Assembly (NCBI GenBank): GCA_054600435.1 | Contig: BAAIJX010000008.1 | Span: 248,001 to 312,000, forward strand | DNA: 64,000 nucleotides | Source: Neophaeotheca triangularis | Lineage: Eukaryota | Direction: 5' to 3' | In this document: positions 61,553 to 64,000 of the stretch, one piece after another | Layout of the letters: each line of letters opens with the position of its first letter | How positions within the stretch are numbered: the stretch's first letter is position 1 | Notes under the pieces: model-generated | The model's database searches: none | Seen by the model: only the letters and a program-made list of their open reading frames with translations | What the model was told of the DNA's origin: nothing | Program-made: the position numbers and the translations under genes

Positions 61553-63619
61553 ATGAAAATCTTCGCTTGGTCTACCGCATCTTTGCTTGCCATTCTACAA
61601 TACGCTCAATCAGAATCATGCTGGATGGACACTCCTTGCGATGGACCCCTCGAAGCTGCCTTCTCCGGCGTCTGGGACAAGAACAACTACTCGCCAGCTT
61701 CGCGAACCATCCCTCCGTCTAAAGTCTTGTCTTTGGACAGTGCTACTGACATTGGAAGCTACCCGGGACCCAAGCGCCTAGAAGGCAACGCTAGTGCCCT
61801 CGTCTTCGACTTCGGCAAAGAGGTAGGAGGTCTGGTCACAGTCGATTATACCACCGCTGGCAGTCCCGGCAAACTCGGACTTGCTTTCACCGAAGCGAAG
61901 AACTGGATTGGACTGGCATCGGACTCCTCTAATGGAGCATTTGCACGCGGCACCGGCGACCAAGCTTGTGCTGATGGCGCCATCTACGATACTTTCGACG
62001 AAGCTGGCGATCACAGTTACACCATGGATCTTTACCATCTCCGTGGCGGGTTCAGGTATCTAACTTTATTCCTCTTGACCAACGACACCACGACCCTAGA
62101 TATCAACGACGTGAGCCTGAGCATAGGTTTTGAGCCAACCTGGTCCAATCTGCGGGCATATCAGGGCTACTTCCACAGCAATGATGAGGAACTCAATAAG
62201 ATCTGGTACTCCGGAGCCTACACGCTTCAGACCAACAACGTTCCCGTCGGACTAGGCCGCTGGATCCCGGCGCTCGAGTCAGGTTGGGCGAACAATGGAA
62301 CCATGGCGAACGGCAGTAGCGTTATTGTTGACGGTGCAAAGAGAGACCGTGCGGTCTGGCCGGGTGATATGGGTATTGCTGTGCCTTCCACTTTCTACTC
62401 ACTTGGTGGTCTTGACAGTGTCAGAAATGCACTGCAGACCATGTATGACCATCAAAACAGCGATGGGAGCTTGCCTGAAGCCGGTCCTCCGCTGCTCCAG
62501 CAAAATTCTTCAACTTACCACATGTACTCTCTCCTAGGCTCGTACAACTACGTCTTATTCACAAACGACACGGAATGGCTCGCGCAGATCTGGGACCGGT
62601 ACAAATTCGCCATGGAGTTCATCTACAACCAAGTCGAAGAGCCTCTTGGTTTGCTGAATCAAACTGGCCTAAGAGATTGGGCGCGCGAGGCGACGGGCGG
62701 CTTCAATACTCAAGCCAATATGATTCTGTACCGTACGCTGATGACGGGCGCAGAGCTTGCTACTTGGTCAGGCGACCATGGCCTTGCCGACACGTACAGC
62801 TCCCGTGCCTCGTCGCTTGCAATCAGCATAAACAGATACCTGTACGATGACGTTTACGGCGCGTTCAAAGACAACAACACAAATACCACGCTGCATCCAC
62901 AAGATGGCAACAGTATGGCATTGCTGTTCAACGTCGTCTCGAACACCTCACCCGAAGCCCAATTAATCTCATCCCGCTTGACGGAGAATTGGACGCCCAT
63001 TGGACCCGAAGCGCCAGAGCTACCCAACAATATATCGCCATTCATCTCATCTTTTGAGATACAGGGTCACCTGGCCATCGGCCAAACCAATCGTGCTCTG
63101 GAACTCATCCGTCGCTCATGGGGCTGGTACTTGAACAATCCAAACGGCACCGAGTCCACCGTCATCGAAGGCTACCTTACCAACGGCTCCTTCGCCTACC
63201 GTAACTACAGAGGTTACAGCTACGATGCTTCCTACGTGTCTCATGCTCATGGCTGGTCTAGTGGCCCTACAAGCGCTCTGACGAATTACATCCTTGGGCT
63301 CGAGATTACTGGACGGGTTGGTAGCACGTGGAGGCTAGCACCGCAGTTCGGGGACCTTACTAGTGTCGAGGGCGGTTTCACGACGAGTTTGGGCCAATTT
63401 CAGGCAAGTTGGAAACTCTCGGATGGCGGCAACGAATATGAGTTATCTTGGAACGTGCCTGTTGGTACCGAGGGCACGGTGGTTCTGCCAGCGCTGCCCG
63501 CAGGTTGCGGTGGGAGTGTTGAGCATGATGGGCAACATCACGGACACCTTGCTGCTCGGCAGGGAATGAGCATGCATGGACATGGAGGGAAGCATCATGT
63601 TAGAGTCAAGAGGTCGTGA
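61553..63619 (+). CDS. Secreted alpha-L-rhamnosidase (GH78)
   Basis: Signal peptide; DFGKEVGG, RGGFRYLT, DGAKRDRAVWPGD, SHAHGWSSGPT. Confidence 0.9.
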   Translation: MKIFAWSTASLLAILQYAQSESCWMDTPCDGPLEAAFSGVWDKNNYSPASRTIPPSKVLSLDSATDIGSYPGPKRLEGNASALVFDFGKEVGGLVTVDYTTAGSPGKLGLAFTEAKNWIGLASDSSNGAFARGTGDQACADGAIYDTFDEAGDHSYTMDLYHLRGGFRYLTLFLLTNDTTTLDINDVSLSIGFEPTWSNLRAYQGYFHSNDEELNKIWYSGAYTLQTNNVPVGLGRWIPALESGWANNGTMANGSSVIVDGAKRDRAVWPGDMGIAVPSTFYSLGGLDSVRNALQTMYDHQNSDGSLPEAGPPLLQQNSSTYHMYSLLGSYNYVLFTNDTEWLAQIWDRYKFAMEFIYNQVEEPLGLLNQTGLRDWAREATGGFNTQANMILYRTLMTGAELATWSGDHGLADTYSSRASSLAISINRYLYDDVYGAFKDNNTNTTLHPQDGNSMALLFNVVSNTSPEAQLISSRLTENWTPIGPEAPELPNNISPFISSFEIQGHLAIGQTNRALELIRRSWGWYLNNPNGTESTVIEGYLTNGSFAYRNYRGYSYDASYVSHAHGWSSGPTSALTNYILGLEITGRVGSTWRLAPQFGDLTSVEGGFTTSLGQFQASWKLSDGGNEYELSWNVPVGTEGTVVLPALPAGCGGSVEHDGQHHGHLAARQGMSMHGHGGKHHVRVKRS

Positions 63620-64000
63620 TCACTTGCTTGCAACATTCAATCAATCAATTCGGAAAGATATTCGATAAAAATAGTACCGACCATCCTCGGCAACATTTTC
63701 ACCTTAATTCGTTGCATGCCTTAATATCATCAGGCCAGTCTTTGTTCCCCAGCTTGTTACCCCCGCAAATCCAAAGCTCTCCCGCAAAGCAAACAGACCG
63801 AGGCAGTCTAACCCTCGGCTATCACCATAACATCAGGTGAGTTCCGCCTGTTACTCGTCGAGCGTAAACGATTCCCCGTGTCGTACGTAGGTCATTAAAC
63901 ACTCCCATTGCTCTTCTGTTGACTTTCTTTCCTTCTCCCAAAACCACTTCCAAACCAGATCACACCCACAATGTCGGTCCCGTACAACATCAGAGAGCAG

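Noticed and set aside
63971..64000. Possible start of the next gene (MSVPYNIREQ)
   Set aside because: Only 10 codons are visible before the window ends, too little to call.

Overview
Gene-dense eukaryotic (fungal) DNA with short GT-AG introns and CTRAC branch sites. It is a filamentous ascomycete (Pezizomycotina), probably a Dothideomycete, judged from gene content and style (inference). About 25 protein genes are present, mostly housekeeping: SDR carbonyl reductase, MRH4, BUD4, VPS72, LSG1, FCF2, PNP1, LTV1, ureF, CLA4, a CDC34-like E2, a UBA/UIM protein, a RING-ZZ-SH3 protein, a NOSIP-like protein, KU70, HEM15, BolA, PEX3, CWC2 and a GH78 rhamnosidase. Accessory genes include DUF4419, a HET-domain protein, a secreted astacin-like protein and a low-complexity orphan. 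The most notable observations are: (1) an intronic box C/D snoRNA in FCF2 whose guide predicts the snR63/SNORD46 target; (2) an unidentified, densely base-paired ~400-nt candidate ncRNA at 27.35-27.78 kb with Pol III-like boxes; (3) a secreted astacin-like protein that has lost all three zinc ligands and the catalytic Glu; (4) a 1.17-kb RIP-mutated foldback/MITE-like element with inverted subterminal repeat arrays; (5) a NOSIP intron whose only in-frame acceptor is CAT rather than CAG; (6) a second hairpin-rich intergenic block at 45.8-46.15 kb. All calls come from reading the sequence by eye; no searches were run.
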